Shown here: positions 1 to 10,227 of the stretch, in pieces
Position numbering within the stretch: the first letter of the stretch is position 1
How the letters are laid out: the number at the start of each line of letters is the position of its first letter
Origin: an uncultured SAR86 cluster bacterium
GTDB taxonomy: Bacteria > Pseudomonadota > Gammaproteobacteria > Magnimaribacterales > D2472
NCBI GenBank assembly: GCA_902531245.1
Contig: CACADH010000005.1
Span: 11,732 to 75,731 of the forward strand
Length of the DNA: 64,000 bases
Reading direction: 5' to 3'
Notes under the pieces: generated by a model
Told to the model about the DNA's origin: nothing
Database searches by the model: none
The model's input: the letters and a program-made list of their open reading frames with translations, nothing else
Translations under genes and position numbers: made by a program

Positions 1-27
1 GCTATACATATTGCTCATAATGATTAA
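1..27 (+). CDS. 3' end of an upstream ORF cut by the window edge (possibly UbiE C-terminus)
   Basis: Frame 1 is open from the window edge and ends ..AIHIAHND* at TAA 25-27. Its last 8 nt overlap the next ATG (ATGATTAA), a junction type reused elsewhere in this window. The ubiE identity is inferred only from the usual ubiE-ubiJ-ubiB order. Confidence 0.3.
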   Translation, partial: AIHIAHND

Positions 28-517
28 TTTAAATAAATTATTTGTACAATTTCTTAAAGACTTTAAAGAATCATCTCCTAATCTTAAAAAGTCTTTAGAA
101 GAAATTTCCCCAATAGAGTTCTGCATAAATATCAAAGGGCATAAAAAAATCTTCATCAAGATTGACGATGAAGATTCTGATATTTCTTTTTCAAAAAATA
201 ATTATCAATTTGAGGTAAAGGGATCTCTAATTGAATTATTGAGCCTATTAGCAACAAAAAAATTAAATAAAAATTTAATTTATGGGGATGCAGAACTAGC
301 TATCATTTTTGTTAATATTATTCTTAAATCAAATGTTGATGTTGTTTACTTGATTGATAAATATTTTGGAGACGTGCCAGCTGTTCTTGCATACAGTGTT
401 TTAAAGATATTTAATTCATCTGATGATGATTCAGATATCGAATATAAAAACATTAGAAAGCGACTTAGAGATATTTCAATTAGACTAGATAGACTCGAAG
501 CACTTAAGATAATATGA
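20..517 (+). CDS. ubiJ: ubiquinone biosynthesis accessory factor UbiJ (SCP2-like, YigP)
   Basis: ORF-track ORF is 11..517; ATG at 20 is preferred. It lies directly upstream of ubiB and overlaps it (ATGA at 514-517). It has a C-terminal amphipathic RKRLRDISIRLDRLEALK helix as in UbiJ. The call rests mainly on synteny. Confidence 0.55.
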   Translation: MINLNKLFVQFLKDFKESSPNLKKSLEEISPIEFCINIKGHKKIFIKIDDEDSDISFSKNNYQFEVKGSLIELLSLLATKKLNKNLIYGDAELAIIFVNIILKSNVDVVYLIDKYFGDVPAVLAYSVLKIFNSSDDDSDIEYKNIRKRLRDISIRLDRLEALKII

Positions 518-1995
518 ATTTTATAGTTATCATTTATGAATTATTGAGGATGTCTATCATTGGCGTCCAAAAAGGAATATTTTACAACCCTAATGGAAGT
601 AAGCTTGCCTCATATTTAGAGTCTTTAGGTCCAATATTTACAAAATTTGGACAACTGCTTTCTACTAGAACAGATATACTTGACGCAGAAACGGCAAAAG
701 AATTAGAAAGTTTAACAGATAGCTGTAAGCCATTTAATGTTGAAAAACTTGTAAATATAGTCGAGTCAGAACTTGGCGATTCAATTGAAAATATCTTTGA
801 GTCATTCGACAAAGAGCCCTTAGCAGCTGCGTCATTAGCACAAGTTCATGCTGCAAAACTTAAAAATGGTGACCAAGTTGTCATCAAAGTTCTTAGGCCA
901 AACATAGAAAAAAAGGTTAAAAAGAATCTCAGATTACTTAAAGCAGCTGCAAAAATATTTTCTTATGTTTATAAAGACAGTTATCGGTTAAAACCAAATG
1001 AGGTTGTTCTAGATTATGAATCTACGATAAGAAAAGAATTAGATTTAAAACTAGAAGCTTCTAATACAAATCTCACTAGAAAAAATTTTTTAAATTCGAG
1101 TGAATTATATATACCAGAAGTATATTGGGATCTAACAACTTCTAAAGTTATGGTTCTTGAAAAAATAGATGGCATTCCATGTACGGATATTCTGCAAATA
1201 GAAAAATATGGCATAAATAAAAAATTGCTCGCTGAAAATGGGGTAATGATATTTCTTAATCAAGTATTTAGAGATAACTTCTTTCATGCAGATATGCATC
1301 CTGGAAATATTTTTGTTTCAAAGACAAATGTTGAAAACCCAGGATATATTGCGGTCGATTGCGCAATAACAGGTTCCTTGTCAAATGAGGAAAGATATAT
1401 TCTGGCAAGGATGTTGCAGTCTGTCCTGAAACAGAACTACAAAACTCTAGCTAATTTATTTATAAGTTCAGGATGGGTTGATGTAAATACTAATAATATT
1501 GAACTTGAAAATACTTTAAGAGCTTGTTGTGAACCTATATTTGAAAAACCCTTATCAGAAATTGAGTTTGGTAAGTTGCTTTTATATCTCTTTCAAAGCA
1601 CAAGACAATATGGATTATCTCTACAGACTTCTCTTGTGTTATTGCAAAAAACACTAATTCATATCGAGGGCATGGGAAGGCAAATATATCCTGATCTTGA
1701 TTTTTGGGGTATTGCAGAGCCTTATCTTGATAATTGGTTAAATGAACAATTTAGTCCATTAAAATTGAAGGATTATATTATTGAAAATAAAGAAGATATT
1801 TTGCTTAAGGCATCAGAAATTCCAACTATTATTTTTGAAACTCTTGATGAGATAAGAAGCTATTCTAATAACAAGTATGTAAATAATGACAAAGTTAAAG
1901 ATTTGGAAAAGCAATTATCTAAACAAAAATATCTTAATAGAGTATTTGGTTTAGGTATAATTGTAGTTATAGCTATTATACTAATAGTTACTTAG
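514..1995 (+). CDS. ubiB: ubiquinone biosynthesis regulatory kinase-like protein UbiB (ABC1 family)
   Basis: 493 aa with ABC1/UbiB motifs [22 protein letters not shown] and [10 protein letters not shown], plus a C-terminal TM helix. It is followed by tatABC as in E. coli. Confidence 0.9.
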   Translation: MNFIVIIYELLRMSIIGVQKGIFYNPNGSKLASYLESLGPIFTKFGQLLSTRTDILDAETAKELESLTDSCKPFNVEKLVNIVESELGDSIENIFESFDKEPLAAASLAQVHAAKLKNGDQVVIKVLRPNIEKKVKKNLRLLKAAAKIFSYVYKDSYRLKPNEVVLDYESTIRKELDLKLEASNTNLTRKNFLNSSELYIPEVYWDLTTSKVMVLEKIDGIPCTDILQIEKYGINKKLLAENGVMIFLNQVFRDNFFHADMHPGNIFVSKTNVENPGYIAVDCAITGSLSNEERYILARMLQSVLKQNYKTLANLFISSGWVDVNTNNIELENTLRACCEPIFEKPLSEIEFGKLLLYLFQSTRQYGLSLQTSLVLLQKTLIHIEGMGRQIYPDLDFWGIAEPYLDNWLNEQFSPLKLKDYIIENKEDILLKASEIPTIIFETLDEIRSYSNNKYVNNDKVKDLEKQLSKQKYLNRVFGLGIIVVIAIILIVT

Positions 1996-2003
1996 GAGTT
2001 TTT

Positions 2004-2168
2004 ATGGGTTTTGGCGGAATAAGTATATGGCAATTATTAATTATCTTACTTGTCGTGCTTCTTATATTTGGTAGTGGAAAACTTAAGTCTCTTGGATCAG
2101 ACTTGGGTTCTAGCATAAAAGGCTTTAAAAAAGCAGTAAAAGAAGATTCTAAAAAAGAAGAAGACTAA
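2004..2168 (+). CDS. tatA: twin-arginine translocase subunit TatA
   Basis: Absent from the ORF track (54 aa). Sequence [45 protein letters not shown].. shows a TM helix, FG hinge and amphipathic helix. A GGAG lies upstream of the ATG. Confidence 0.85.
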   Translation: MGFGGISIWQLLIILLVVLLIFGSGKLKSLGSDLGSSIKGFKKAVKEDSKKEED

Positions 2169-2170
2169 AA

Positions 2171-2416
2171 TTGTTTCAAATTGGCTTTCTTGAAATTCTA
2201 ATTATTTTTATATTAGGGCTCATAATTATTGGTCCTAAAAGATTGCCTGAGGTTATCAAAACACTAATTAAGTTTTATAAAAGAATTGAAAGTAAGCTAG
2301 TCGCCTTCAAAAAAGACATTGAAAAAGATATTGGAACTGATGAACTCAAAAAAGATGTTTTTAATGAATTAAGAATGGAAGAGCTTGAAAACAATAAAGA
2401 TTCAAAAAATGACTAA
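2171..2416 (+). CDS. tatB: twin-arginine translocase subunit TatB
   Basis: 81 aa with a TTG start 3 nt after the tatA stop. MFQIGFLEILIIFILGLIIIGPKRLPEV is a TatB-type TM helix plus GP-KRLP hinge. Confidence 0.8.
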   Translation: MFQIGFLEILIIFILGLIIIGPKRLPEVIKTLIKFYKRIESKLVAFKKDIEKDIGTDELKKDVFNELRMEELENNKDSKND

Positions 2417-3110
2417 AGAGTCTGTCTCAAATCACTTGCTTGAACTCAGGGCTCGATTGCTAAAATTTATAATCCTATTTGGTGTTTTTGTAATCATAGG
2501 TATTCCATTTGCGGCTGAAATATATTCATTTGTTGCAGCTCCTTTAATAAGCTTGCTCCCTGAGGGAAGCTCTATGATTGCAACTGAAGTTGCTTCACCT
2601 TTCATGGCACCAATTAAGTTGGTCATGTATGTGGCTCTTTTGTTTTCAATGCCATGGCTGTTTTACCAAATGTGGATGTTTATATCTCCTGGGTTGTATA
2701 AAAACGAAAAAAAATTTACTGCGCCATTAATGCTTTCAACTGTAATTTTATTTTTTAGTGGTGTTAGCTTTGCTTTTTTTATAGTTTGTCCAATTATCTT
2801 TAAATTCTTTATTGGGATGGCGCCAGATTCCATTCAAGTGATGACAGACATAAGTCAATATTTAAGCTTTATTTTTAAACTTGTTTTTGCTTTTGGCATA
2901 GCTTTTGAAATTCCAATAGCAACTATCCTTCTAGTAAATAGTGGTATAACTTCAAAAGCATCTTTAGTTAAAGCAAGGCCATATTTGATTGTACTTTTCT
3001 TGGTTATTGGAATGCTATTAACTCCACCTGACGTATTCTCACAATTATTTCTTGCAATTCCTATGTGGGCTTTATTTGAAATTGGAATTCTTTTCTCTAG
3101 AGAGAAATAA
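2409..3110 (+). CDS. tatC: twin-arginine translocase subunit TatC
   Basis: ORF track gives 2385..3110; ATG 2409 is preferred because of the ATGACTAA overlap with the tatB stop. The N-terminus MTKESVSNHLLELRARL fits the TatC HLxELRxRL start. The protein is polytopic. Confidence 0.9.
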   Translation: MTKESVSNHLLELRARLLKFIILFGVFVIIGIPFAAEIYSFVAAPLISLLPEGSSMIATEVASPFMAPIKLVMYVALLFSMPWLFYQMWMFISPGLYKNEKKFTAPLMLSTVILFFSGVSFAFFIVCPIIFKFFIGMAPDSIQVMTDISQYLSFIFKLVFAFGIAFEIPIATILLVNSGITSKASLVKARPYLIVLFLVIGMLLTPPDVFSQLFLAIPMWALFEIGILFSREK

Positions 3111-3701
3111 TTATTTATTAAGATTTATTAAAGTTCGGTAAAAAAACCATGGCAATATTAACCAAGGCATTTGAGATTGGAGCATGATTGTTCGATCGTT
3201 AAATTCAAAAAGTATGGGATTAAAGTATGGTCCAAGTGGTGATAGTGGAGCCCATGATAAAGGCTTACCATCTGCTAATTGATCATGATACAAAAACATC
3301 TCAACTAGAATATTTTGACCAACACACCAGAACATTAAAACACTGAAGGCACTCCATTTCCATTTCTTAAAAACTATTGAATCTTTTCTATGAGATATCC
3401 ACATAAGCCATGCACCGCCTAATAAAACAGTTCCAGCATCTCCCATAGAGTTCATTAACCAATTAGCATTCTTTGGTAACCACTTATTTAAAGCTTCGGA
3501 TCTTCTTATATCTACTGAATCTCCGTCTATCCAACCATAGGTAAACCAAAGTTCCCAACCTAGTGCACAAACTGCTACGCCAATAATATAAAAAGTTGGA
3601 ATCCAATATGGTAATTTAGTTTTATTTTTAAAAAAAATTATAAGTGGTAAAAAAACTGCTAAGTAAACAACAATTATTACTCTGATCTCTTCATGAGACA
3701 T
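3111..3701 (-). CDS. hypothetical Trp-rich integral membrane protein
   Basis: 196 aa with several hydrophobic segments and many Trp residues (GWELWFTYGWIDGD, AWLMWISH, KKWKWSAF). I recognise no family. Its stop abuts the tatC stop with 0 nt between them. Confidence 0.5.
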   Translation of the reverse strand: MSHEEIRVIIVVYLAVFLPLIIFFKNKTKLPYWIPTFYIIGVAVCALGWELWFTYGWIDGDSVDIRRSEALNKWLPKNANWLMNSMGDAGTVLLGGAWLMWISHRKDSIVFKKWKWSAFSVLMFWCVGQNILVEMFLYHDQLADGKPLSWAPLSPLGPYFNPILFEFNDRTIMLQSQMPWLILPWFFYRTLINLNK

Positions 3702-3704
3702 TAA

Positions 3705-4286
3705 TTATAAGCCAAGCCTTTTTGTCCAGTTGTCATCTGAAGGTTTCTGATGATTTACAACCATCTCTACTAACTCATCTGGACAGTCAGAAATTAATAA
3801 TTCTTTTAAATTTTCTGATGAAATAAATCCCTCATCAACTGCTTTATTAAACCATTTAATTAGATAATCATAATATCCATCAGTATTAAGAATACCAACA
3901 GGTTTATTTATGATTCCTAATTGGTTGCTTGCCATAATCTCTGCAAGCTCATCCAGTGATCCCACACCGCCAGGTAAAACAATAAATGCGTCTGATCTAG
4001 ACATAAACTCATGTTTTCTATCAAGTAAAGTCTTTGATACAACTATCTCGTTTAATCTCGGATTAGCAAGCTCTAACGCATGCAGTGATTCAAGAGATAT
4101 TCCTAAAACTTTAACTCCATTATCCAAAGCAGTATCAGAAATAATTTTCATGAGGCCAACATTACCTCCTCCAAAAACTACGTTGATTCCTTTTTTAGCA
4201 ATTAATTCTGCAATAGACTTAGCTGCTTTAGCATACTTTGGATTTTTGCCCTCATGCGCTCCACAAAAAATTGAAATATTCTTCAT
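3705..4286 (-). CDS. LOG family protein (TIGR00730; cytokinin riboside 5'-monophosphate phosphoribohydrolase-like)
   Basis: 193 aa with the GGGNVGLM and PGGVGSLDELAEI motifs typical of the LOG / lysine-decarboxylase-like family. Confidence 0.8.
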   Translation of the reverse strand: MKNISIFCGAHEGKNPKYAKAAKSIAELIAKKGINVVFGGGNVGLMKIISDTALDNGVKVLGISLESLHALELANPRLNEIVVSKTLLDRKHEFMSRSDAFIVLPGGVGSLDELAEIMASNQLGIINKPVGILNTDGYYDYLIKWFNKAVDEGFISSENLKELLISDCPDELVEMVVNHQKPSDDNWTKRLGL

Positions 4287-4293
4287 AAATTAT

Positions 4294-4731
4294 TTAAGTT
4301 TTAAAGTTAAAAGTTACTGGTCCTTTGTTGACCAAATTAATTTCCATAAATGCCCCAAACTTTCCTTCTTTAACTTTAGGAAATGAGTTTCTAAACTCTG
4401 TTAAAAATTTATCATACAATAATTTTGCCTCATCAGGTTTAGCGGCTTTGTGAAAACTTGGCTTGGTGCCTTTGTTAGTGATTGCAGCTAAAGTAAATTG
4501 GCTAACAATCAAAACCTCTTCATTAGAATCTTTTAAAGATTTTGATGATATGCCTTTTGGACCATCAAGCATTCTGAAATTTATTATCTTGTTAGTCATT
4601 TCTTTAACTTTCTCAAAAGAATCGCTTTCTTCAATACATACAAAGAGCAAGCAGCCACTTCCGATAGAAGAAAAAGTTTTATCATCAATGATAATTTCAG
4701 CACTTGAAACTATTTGAGCGGTGGCTAACAA
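4294..4731 (-). CDS. dtd: D-aminoacyl-tRNA deacylase
   Basis: 145 aa with the SQFTLAA, KPSFHKAA and NKGPVTF motifs of Dtd. TTG start 3 nt after the fba stop. Confidence 0.85.
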   Translation of the reverse strand: MLATAQIVSSAEIIIDDKTFSSIGSGCLLFVCIEESDSFEKVKEMTNKIINFRMLDGPKGISSKSLKDSNEEVLIVSQFTLAAITNKGTKPSFHKAAKPDEAKLLYDKFLTEFRNSFPKVKEGKFGAFMEINLVNKGPVTFNFKT

Positions 4732-4734
4732 ATT

Positions 4735-5751
4735 TTATCTGTCTTCAAGTTCTTCTTCCCATTGGCCAAGAGAAGCAAGTTTGTTCATCTCTGCCCTATG
4801 AGATAATTCATCTTGAGAAATGAATACATTTTCTGGTTTTCCACTCCAAGCTTTTAGGGCTGCCGCTTGAAGAGCTCTTCCATAAGAAAAACTTAACTTC
4901 CATGAAAAACCTCCAATTTTATTCATAGCATCTAGATGAGCTGTTGCAAGAACATCTGACTGACCCCCAGAAAGAAAAGTTATCCCTGGAAGTTCTGCAG
5001 GAACATTTTTAATTAGGCATTCCAAGGTTTTTGTTGCCACTTCATCAATCCCTGCTTGATCATTAGAATCTTTTCCAGAAGTAACCATATTAGGCTTTAA
5101 AAGTGTTCCTTTGATATTAACGTCATTTTTTTCTAAATGAGCAAATAGAGATTTTAATGATCGATCAGTTGCTGCAAAACAATCGTCGATAGAATGTTCT
5201 CCATCCATTAGCACTTCAGGCTCAACTATTGGAACCATTCCGTTATCTTGGACACATTTTGCATAATCAGCTAAGGCCTGCATATTTGCATCAATACATT
5301 TATCTGTTGGGATTCCATCACCAATATTGATAACAGCTCTCCATTTTGCGAATTTTGCTTCCATTGATGCATACTCTTTTAGTCTTTCGTCCAAGCCATC
5401 TAGTCCGATAGTTACCGTCTCGCCTGGGCAATCTTCAATTGGTTGCAATCCCTTATCGACTTTAATTCCTGGAAGGGCGCCTTGATTCAAAATTAAATCT
5501 CTAAGCAGCGTTCCATCTTCTGATGTCTGTCTTATGGTTTCATCGAAAAGTATTACGCCGCCAATATTGCCATTCATGCCTTTTGATCTAAAAAGCATTT
5601 CTCTATAGTCTCTTCTATTTTCTTCTGTTGATTCAACGCCTATAGAATCAAATCTTTTCCCACAGGTTGGATTGCTCTCATCCGCTGCAAGAATACCTTT
5701 TCCATCTTCAACTATAAAGCTAGCTATTTCTTCAATATTATTAAGTGTCAT
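4735..5751 (-). CDS. fba: fructose-bisphosphate aldolase, class I
   Basis: 338 aa with LAADESNPTCGKRF, GGVILFDET and LLKPNMV (Schiff-base Lys region), characteristic of class I (Glycolytic family) aldolases. Confidence 0.85.
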   Translation of the reverse strand: MTLNNIEEIASFIVEDGKGILAADESNPTCGKRFDSIGVESTEENRRDYREMLFRSKGMNGNIGGVILFDETIRQTSEDGTLLRDLILNQGALPGIKVDKGLQPIEDCPGETVTIGLDGLDERLKEYASMEAKFAKWRAVINIGDGIPTDKCIDANMQALADYAKCVQDNGMVPIVEPEVLMDGEHSIDDCFAATDRSLKSLFAHLEKNDVNIKGTLLKPNMVTSGKDSNDQAGIDEVATKTLECLIKNVPAELPGITFLSGGQSDVLATAHLDAMNKIGGFSWKLSFSYGRALQAAALKAWSGKPENVFISQDELSHRAEMNKLASLGQWEEELEDR

Positions 5752-5757
5752 TTTTAT

Positions 5758-6912
5758 TTAGCCCTCTGTAACCTTTGAATTCAAAACATCTATTGATGGT
5801 AATATCTTGCCTTCCATAAATTCTAAAAAGGCTCCTCCACCTGTTGAACAATATGATACATCATCTGATTTAATATATTTATTAATTGCCGACAACGTTT
5901 CACCTCCGCCTGCTAAAGAAAATGCTTTGGATTTTGCTATTGCTTCTGACAGATTCTTAGTACCTTTTGAAAAAGCTTCATTTTCAAACACGCCCATTGG
6001 ACCATTCCATAAAATGGTTTTAGCTTGATCTATTAAAGCAACTGTTTCGTCACTTAAATAAACATCTAAAATCATTTCTTCGTCTAAAACTTTATTAATA
6101 GGAATTTCTTTTATATCCTCGCCCTCAAATGTTTTAGATGTTATAACTGTGTTTGGTAAGACTATTTTTCCTTTACCAAGTAGTTCTTTTGCAATATCTA
6201 TCATCGAATCTTCAGCAAGAGATTTCCCAATATTTAAACCAGAAGCCTTCAAGAAAGTATTTGCAATGCCGCCTCCAACAATTATGTAATCAGCGACTGA
6301 ACTAATGTGTTTTATTAATTCAAGTTTGGTGGAAACTTTTGCTCCTCCAATTATTGCTACGTATGGACTTTCATAGTTATTTAACGTTTGAGATAAAAAT
6401 TCATTTTCTCTTTCTAAAAGAAGGCCTGCACATGCTATAGGCGCACTTTTAATTGCTGAGTGGGTTGAAGCCTGCTCTCTGTGAGCCGTCCCAAAAGCAT
6501 CAAAAACATATATATCTCCTAGACTAGCCAGTTTATTTCCTAGTTCTTGGCAATTTTCTTTTTCTCCTTTAAAAAATCTTATATTTTCTAAAAATTGAAT
6601 ATCTGTTTCACCATTAAAAATTTCATCAGATTCCAAGCTAGCAATTAACTCACAAGGCCTGTTAATAATTGTTCCTAAATATTCTGCAACTGGCTTTAAT
6701 GAAAATTTTTCATCAAAATTTCCTTCAATTGGTCTACCGAGATGACTTACCAATAAAACTTTTGCATTGTTTTCCAAAACATAATTAATTGTAGGTATAC
6801 AAGATTCTATTCTTGTAGCATCTAAAATATTGCCGTCTTTTATTGGCACATTCATATCAACTCGTATTACAAGATTTTTATTTGTTATATCTATGGAGGA
6901 TAGATTAATCAT
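5758..6912 (-). CDS. pgk: phosphoglycerate kinase
   Basis: 384 aa with an N-terminal VIRVDMNVP motif, a GGAKVSTK motif and a C-terminal STGGGAFLEF motif. Confidence 0.95.
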   Translation of the reverse strand: MINLSSIDITNKNLVIRVDMNVPIKDGNILDATRIESCIPTINYVLENNAKVLLVSHLGRPIEGNFDEKFSLKPVAEYLGTIINRPCELIASLESDEIFNGETDIQFLENIRFFKGEKENCQELGNKLASLGDIYVFDAFGTAHREQASTHSAIKSAPIACAGLLLERENEFLSQTLNNYESPYVAIIGGAKVSTKLELIKHISSVADYIIVGGGIANTFLKASGLNIGKSLAEDSMIDIAKELLGKGKIVLPNTVITSKTFEGEDIKEIPINKVLDEEMILDVYLSDETVALIDQAKTILWNGPMGVFENEAFSKGTKNLSEAIAKSKAFSLAGGGETLSAINKYIKSDDVSYCSTGGGAFLEFMEGKILPSIDVLNSKVTEG

Positions 6913-8893
6913 TGATTAGTGATTTTGCTGCCTGAATTACATTGTCTTTATTAAATCCAAAGTGTTCAAGCAATTCACTTCCTGGCGCAGATTCTCCAAA
7001 TGTTTCCATACCGATTACTTTATCGCTTCTATTTAAAATCTTATACCAAGAGTTAGGATGCGCACATTCTATAACAAGGACTGGTTTGTTAGGGTTAATA
7101 ACTTTATCGTGTAATTGATTGCTTTGTTTTAAAAAGACATCCAAACATGGCATTGAAACAACATTGGCATTAATTGATTCATTCTTTAACTCTTTCGCAG
7201 CATCTATAGCTAGCTGAACCTCACTTCCAGAAGCAACTATAGTTATATTTGGGTCTTCATGTTCTTCAAGAAGATATCCGCCTATATTAATAGAAGAAAG
7301 TTGTTCAGGCGTTCGCTCTATTGCAGAGGTTCCCTGTCTGCTAAAAATAAGACACGTAGGGGTTGTTGCTGAACTAACAGCATTATTCCAAGCAACAGCT
7401 GTCTCAACGAGATCAGCAGGTCTCCAACTATTCAAGTTAGGAGTTGATCTTAAAGTAACTAAATGTTCAATAGGTTGATGAGTTGGTCCATCTTCGCCCA
7501 AAGCTACTGAGTCATGTGTGTAAACAAATATGTTTGGCAAACCCATTAGCGCTGATAATCTGACTGCATTCCTTGCATAGTCAGTAAAAACTAAGAAAGT
7601 TGCCCCATAAGGCTTAATGCCTCCATGAAGAACCATGCCATTCATAATTGCTGACATTCCAAATTCTCTAACACCATAATTAATATGATTTCCTGATGGG
7701 TTCTCATTAGAAAATGTAGAACTTGAAGCTGAAAAGGTATTGTTAGAAGGAGTTAGATCAGCTGAACCGCCAACAAGCTCAGGCATCTCTTTTACAAAAA
7801 AATCTAAACAAGCTTTAGAAGCTTTTCTTGTTGCCATAGGTGAATTATTTGAGTTGCAATCATTAAGAAAATTAAGGAAGCTTTGTTGAAAGTTTTCTGG
7901 TAAATCACCTTTTATTCTTCTTTCTAATTCCAATGACTCATTAGGATATTTTTCTTTATAATTTTTTATTAAATCATCCCAAATAGAATTTATACCAGCT
8001 CCTGACTTTTTAGAGTCCCAAAAATCATATACCTCTTTTGGAACTTCAAAAGCCGAATAATTCCAACCTAGAGCCTCTCTTGTTTTTTCAATTTCTTCAT
8101 CCCCTAGAGGTGCTCCATGAACATCAGCTGTTCCAGATTTATTTGGCGAACCAAAACCAATTGTCGTCTTGCAAAAAATCATTGTTGGTTTATTAGGTTC
8201 TTCTTTTGCTTTAGAAATAGCATCGCTAATCTCATCAACATTATGACCATCTACGCAAATTGTTTGCCAACCATAACTATCAAACCTCTTAACAGAGTCA
8301 TCTGTGAACCAATTATCTATTTCTCCATCAATTGAAATTCCATTTTGATCATAAAAGCAAATCAATTTCCCAAGATTGTGAGTTGCTGCAAAAGAGCATG
8401 CTTCATGAGAAACACCTTCCATTAGACAACCATCTCCCAAAAAAACATATGTGTAATGATCAATGGGTTTTATGTCATCTTTATTAAACTCTGCTGCCAA
8501 GATCTTTTCTGAGATTGCCATACCAACAGCATTTGCAATCCCCTGACCTAGTGGACCTGTAGTTGTTTCAACACCAATATCTATATCGTATTCAGGATGT
8601 CCTGGTGTTTTTGATTTAAGCTGTCTAAAGTCTTTAATATCTTCAATTGAGAGATCATAACCAGTCAAATGCAATAAGCTATACAAAAGCATAGAGCCGT
8701 GACCATTTGAAAGCACAAATCTATCTCTATCAAACCAAGTTGGGTTTGAAGGGTTATGTTTTAAATGTTTGCTCCATAAAGCGGTAGCGATTTCTGCCAT
8801 CCCCATTGGCATTCCAGGGTGACCAGAATTTGCTTTTTGAACAGCATCAGCAGATAAAAATCTTAGAGCATTTATTGGTTCTGATTTTTGCAA
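6905..8893 (-). CDS. tkt: transketolase
   Basis: 662 aa with SGHPGMPMGMAE, the GDGCLMEG ThDP motif and EDGPTHQPIEH. There is an 8-nt ATGATTAA overlap with pgk. Confidence 0.95.
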   Translation of the reverse strand: MQKSEPINALRFLSADAVQKANSGHPGMPMGMAEIATALWSKHLKHNPSNPTWFDRDRFVLSNGHGSMLLYSLLHLTGYDLSIEDIKDFRQLKSKTPGHPEYDIDIGVETTTGPLGQGIANAVGMAISEKILAAEFNKDDIKPIDHYTYVFLGDGCLMEGVSHEACSFAATHNLGKLICFYDQNGISIDGEIDNWFTDDSVKRFDSYGWQTICVDGHNVDEISDAISKAKEEPNKPTMIFCKTTIGFGSPNKSGTADVHGAPLGDEEIEKTREALGWNYSAFEVPKEVYDFWDSKKSGAGINSIWDDLIKNYKEKYPNESLELERRIKGDLPENFQQSFLNFLNDCNSNNSPMATRKASKACLDFFVKEMPELVGGSADLTPSNNTFSASSSTFSNENPSGNHINYGVREFGMSAIMNGMVLHGGIKPYGATFLVFTDYARNAVRLSALMGLPNIFVYTHDSVALGEDGPTHQPIEHLVTLRSTPNLNSWRPADLVETAVAWNNAVSSATTPTCLIFSRQGTSAIERTPEQLSSINIGGYLLEEHEDPNITIVASGSEVQLAIDAAKELKNESINANVVSMPCLDVFLKQSNQLHDKVINPNKPVLVIECAHPNSWYKILNRSDKVIGMETFGESAPGSELLEHFGFNKDNVIQAAKSLIND

Positions 8894-8955
8894 ATTATTT
8901 TCCCCTTTTGCTTATTTGGATAATAATGTTTTTGAGATGAAATGCATAGATAAAA

Positions 8956-8984
8956 TTGAATTTTTTCATATAAAGTAGTTAAAT
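8956..8984 (+). promoter_or_regulatory. possible sigma70-type promoter for metK-ahcY
   Basis: TTGAAT (8956-8961), a 17-nt spacer, then TTAAAT (8979-8984), about 65 nt upstream of the metK ATG. Matches of this quality are common by chance in AT-rich DNA. Confidence 0.2.
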
Positions 8985-9047
8985 TGTATCTCGAATTCTT
9001 TTTTTTAAAGAGTATCGTCATATTCAAAAGTTTCAGGGAGAGCAAAT

Positions 9048-10202
9048 ATGAGTTATATTTTTACGTCGGAATCTGTTTCCGCAGGACACCCAGATAAAGT
9101 CTGTGATCAAATTTCAGATGCAGTTTTAGACGCATACCTAGCCGAAGATCCAAACAGTAGAGTTGCATGTGAAACAATGATCAAAAATAACATGGTTTAT
9201 ATTGCAGGTGAAATAACATCATTAGGCAGCCCAGATTTAGAGCCTGTTGTTAGAAAAACTATTAATGATATTGGTTATGACACTGATGAATATGGTTTTA
9301 ATGGCGATACTTGTGAATTTACTAATCTTGTTTTTGAACAATCACCAGATATATCTCAAGGTGTAACTGAGGGTGAAGGAGAAAATCTTGAGCAAGGAGC
9401 TGGAGATCAAGGATTAATGTTTGGCTATGCTTGTACTGAAACTGATTCATTAATGCCTCTTCCAATTGATCTTTCTCATAGACTAGTAAAAAAACAAGCT
9501 GATGTAATGAAAAGTAAAGAATTATCTTGGTTAAGACCAGATGCAAAAAGCCAAGTTAGTGCAATTTATTCAGATGATGGTAAATCAATTGAAGGTTTAT
9601 CAGCAATTGTACTTTCAACACAGCATGATGAAGATGTAACCCAAGAAGAAATTAAAGAAGGGGTTATGGAAAAAATTATCAAGCCTATAGTTCCTGAAGA
9701 GTGGATCTTAGATTCTACAAAAATCTATATTAACCCAACTGGTAAATTTGTGATTGGAGGACCTGTTGGAGATTGTGGACTAACTGGAAGAAAAATAATT
9801 GTAGATACATATGGCGGAATGGCTAGACATGGTGGAGGAGCCTTTTCTGGGAAAGATCCATCAAAAGTGGATCGTTCTGCTGCTTACGCTGCAAGATATG
9901 TTGCGAAGAATATTGTTGCTGCTGGCTTAGCCGATTATTGTGAAATACAAGTTTCTTACGCCATTGGTGTAGCAAAGCCTACATCGATAAATGTTAATAC
10001 TTTTAATAGCGAAAAGATATCTAAAGAAGCAATTGAAAAAATTGTTGAAGAGAAGTTTGATTTACGACCAAAGAGTCTTATCAACATGCTTGATCTAAAA
10101 AGACCTATTTATCTTCCAACAGCAGCATATGGACACTTTGGAAGAACAGATATTGATCTTTCATGGGAGAGAACTGATAAGGCTTCAGAAATTTCACAAT
10201 AA
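9048..10202 (+). CDS. metK: S-adenosylmethionine synthetase
   Basis: 384 aa with [32 protein letters not shown] and [16 protein letters not shown]. Confidence 0.97.
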   Translation: MSYIFTSESVSAGHPDKVCDQISDAVLDAYLAEDPNSRVACETMIKNNMVYIAGEITSLGSPDLEPVVRKTINDIGYDTDEYGFNGDTCEFTNLVFEQSPDISQGVTEGEGENLEQGAGDQGLMFGYACTETDSLMPLPIDLSHRLVKKQADVMKSKELSWLRPDAKSQVSAIYSDDGKSIEGLSAIVLSTQHDEDVTQEEIKEGVMEKIIKPIVPEEWILDSTKIYINPTGKFVIGGPVGDCGLTGRKIIVDTYGGMARHGGGAFSGKDPSKVDRSAAYAARYVAKNIVAAGLADYCEIQVSYAIGVAKPTSINVNTFNSEKISKEAIEKIVEEKFDLRPKSLINMLDLKRPIYLPTAAYGHFGRTDIDLSWERTDKASEISQ

Positions 10203-10227
10203 ATATTAATTAAAATAAGGAAATAAA

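Noticed and set aside
3403-3411. Near-consensus DnaA boxes atatccaca at 3403-3411 and in the rsmG 5' region at about 59041-59049
   Set aside because: They are single 8/9 matches inside coding sequence. They are not clustered and are not adjacent to AT-rich unwinding-type sequence.
3910-4386. 158-aa ORF antisense to the LOG-family gene, and similar antisense ORFs at 23761..24237 (polA), 63027..63503 (atpF/atpH), 14600..15010 (xerC) and 42379..42732 (trkA)
   Set aside because: Each lies entirely opposite a well-supported gene. None has a recognisable motif. All show the Ser/Leu/Phe-rich composition typical of antisense translation of A-rich coding DNA.
8894-9047. Possible SAM or SAH riboswitch upstream of metK-ahcY
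   Set aside because: The 154-nt region is almost pure A/T. It has only weak 6-bp hairpins and lacks the GC-rich conserved cores I associate with the SAM-I, SAM-II or SAH classes. An Rfam scan would be needed to settle it.
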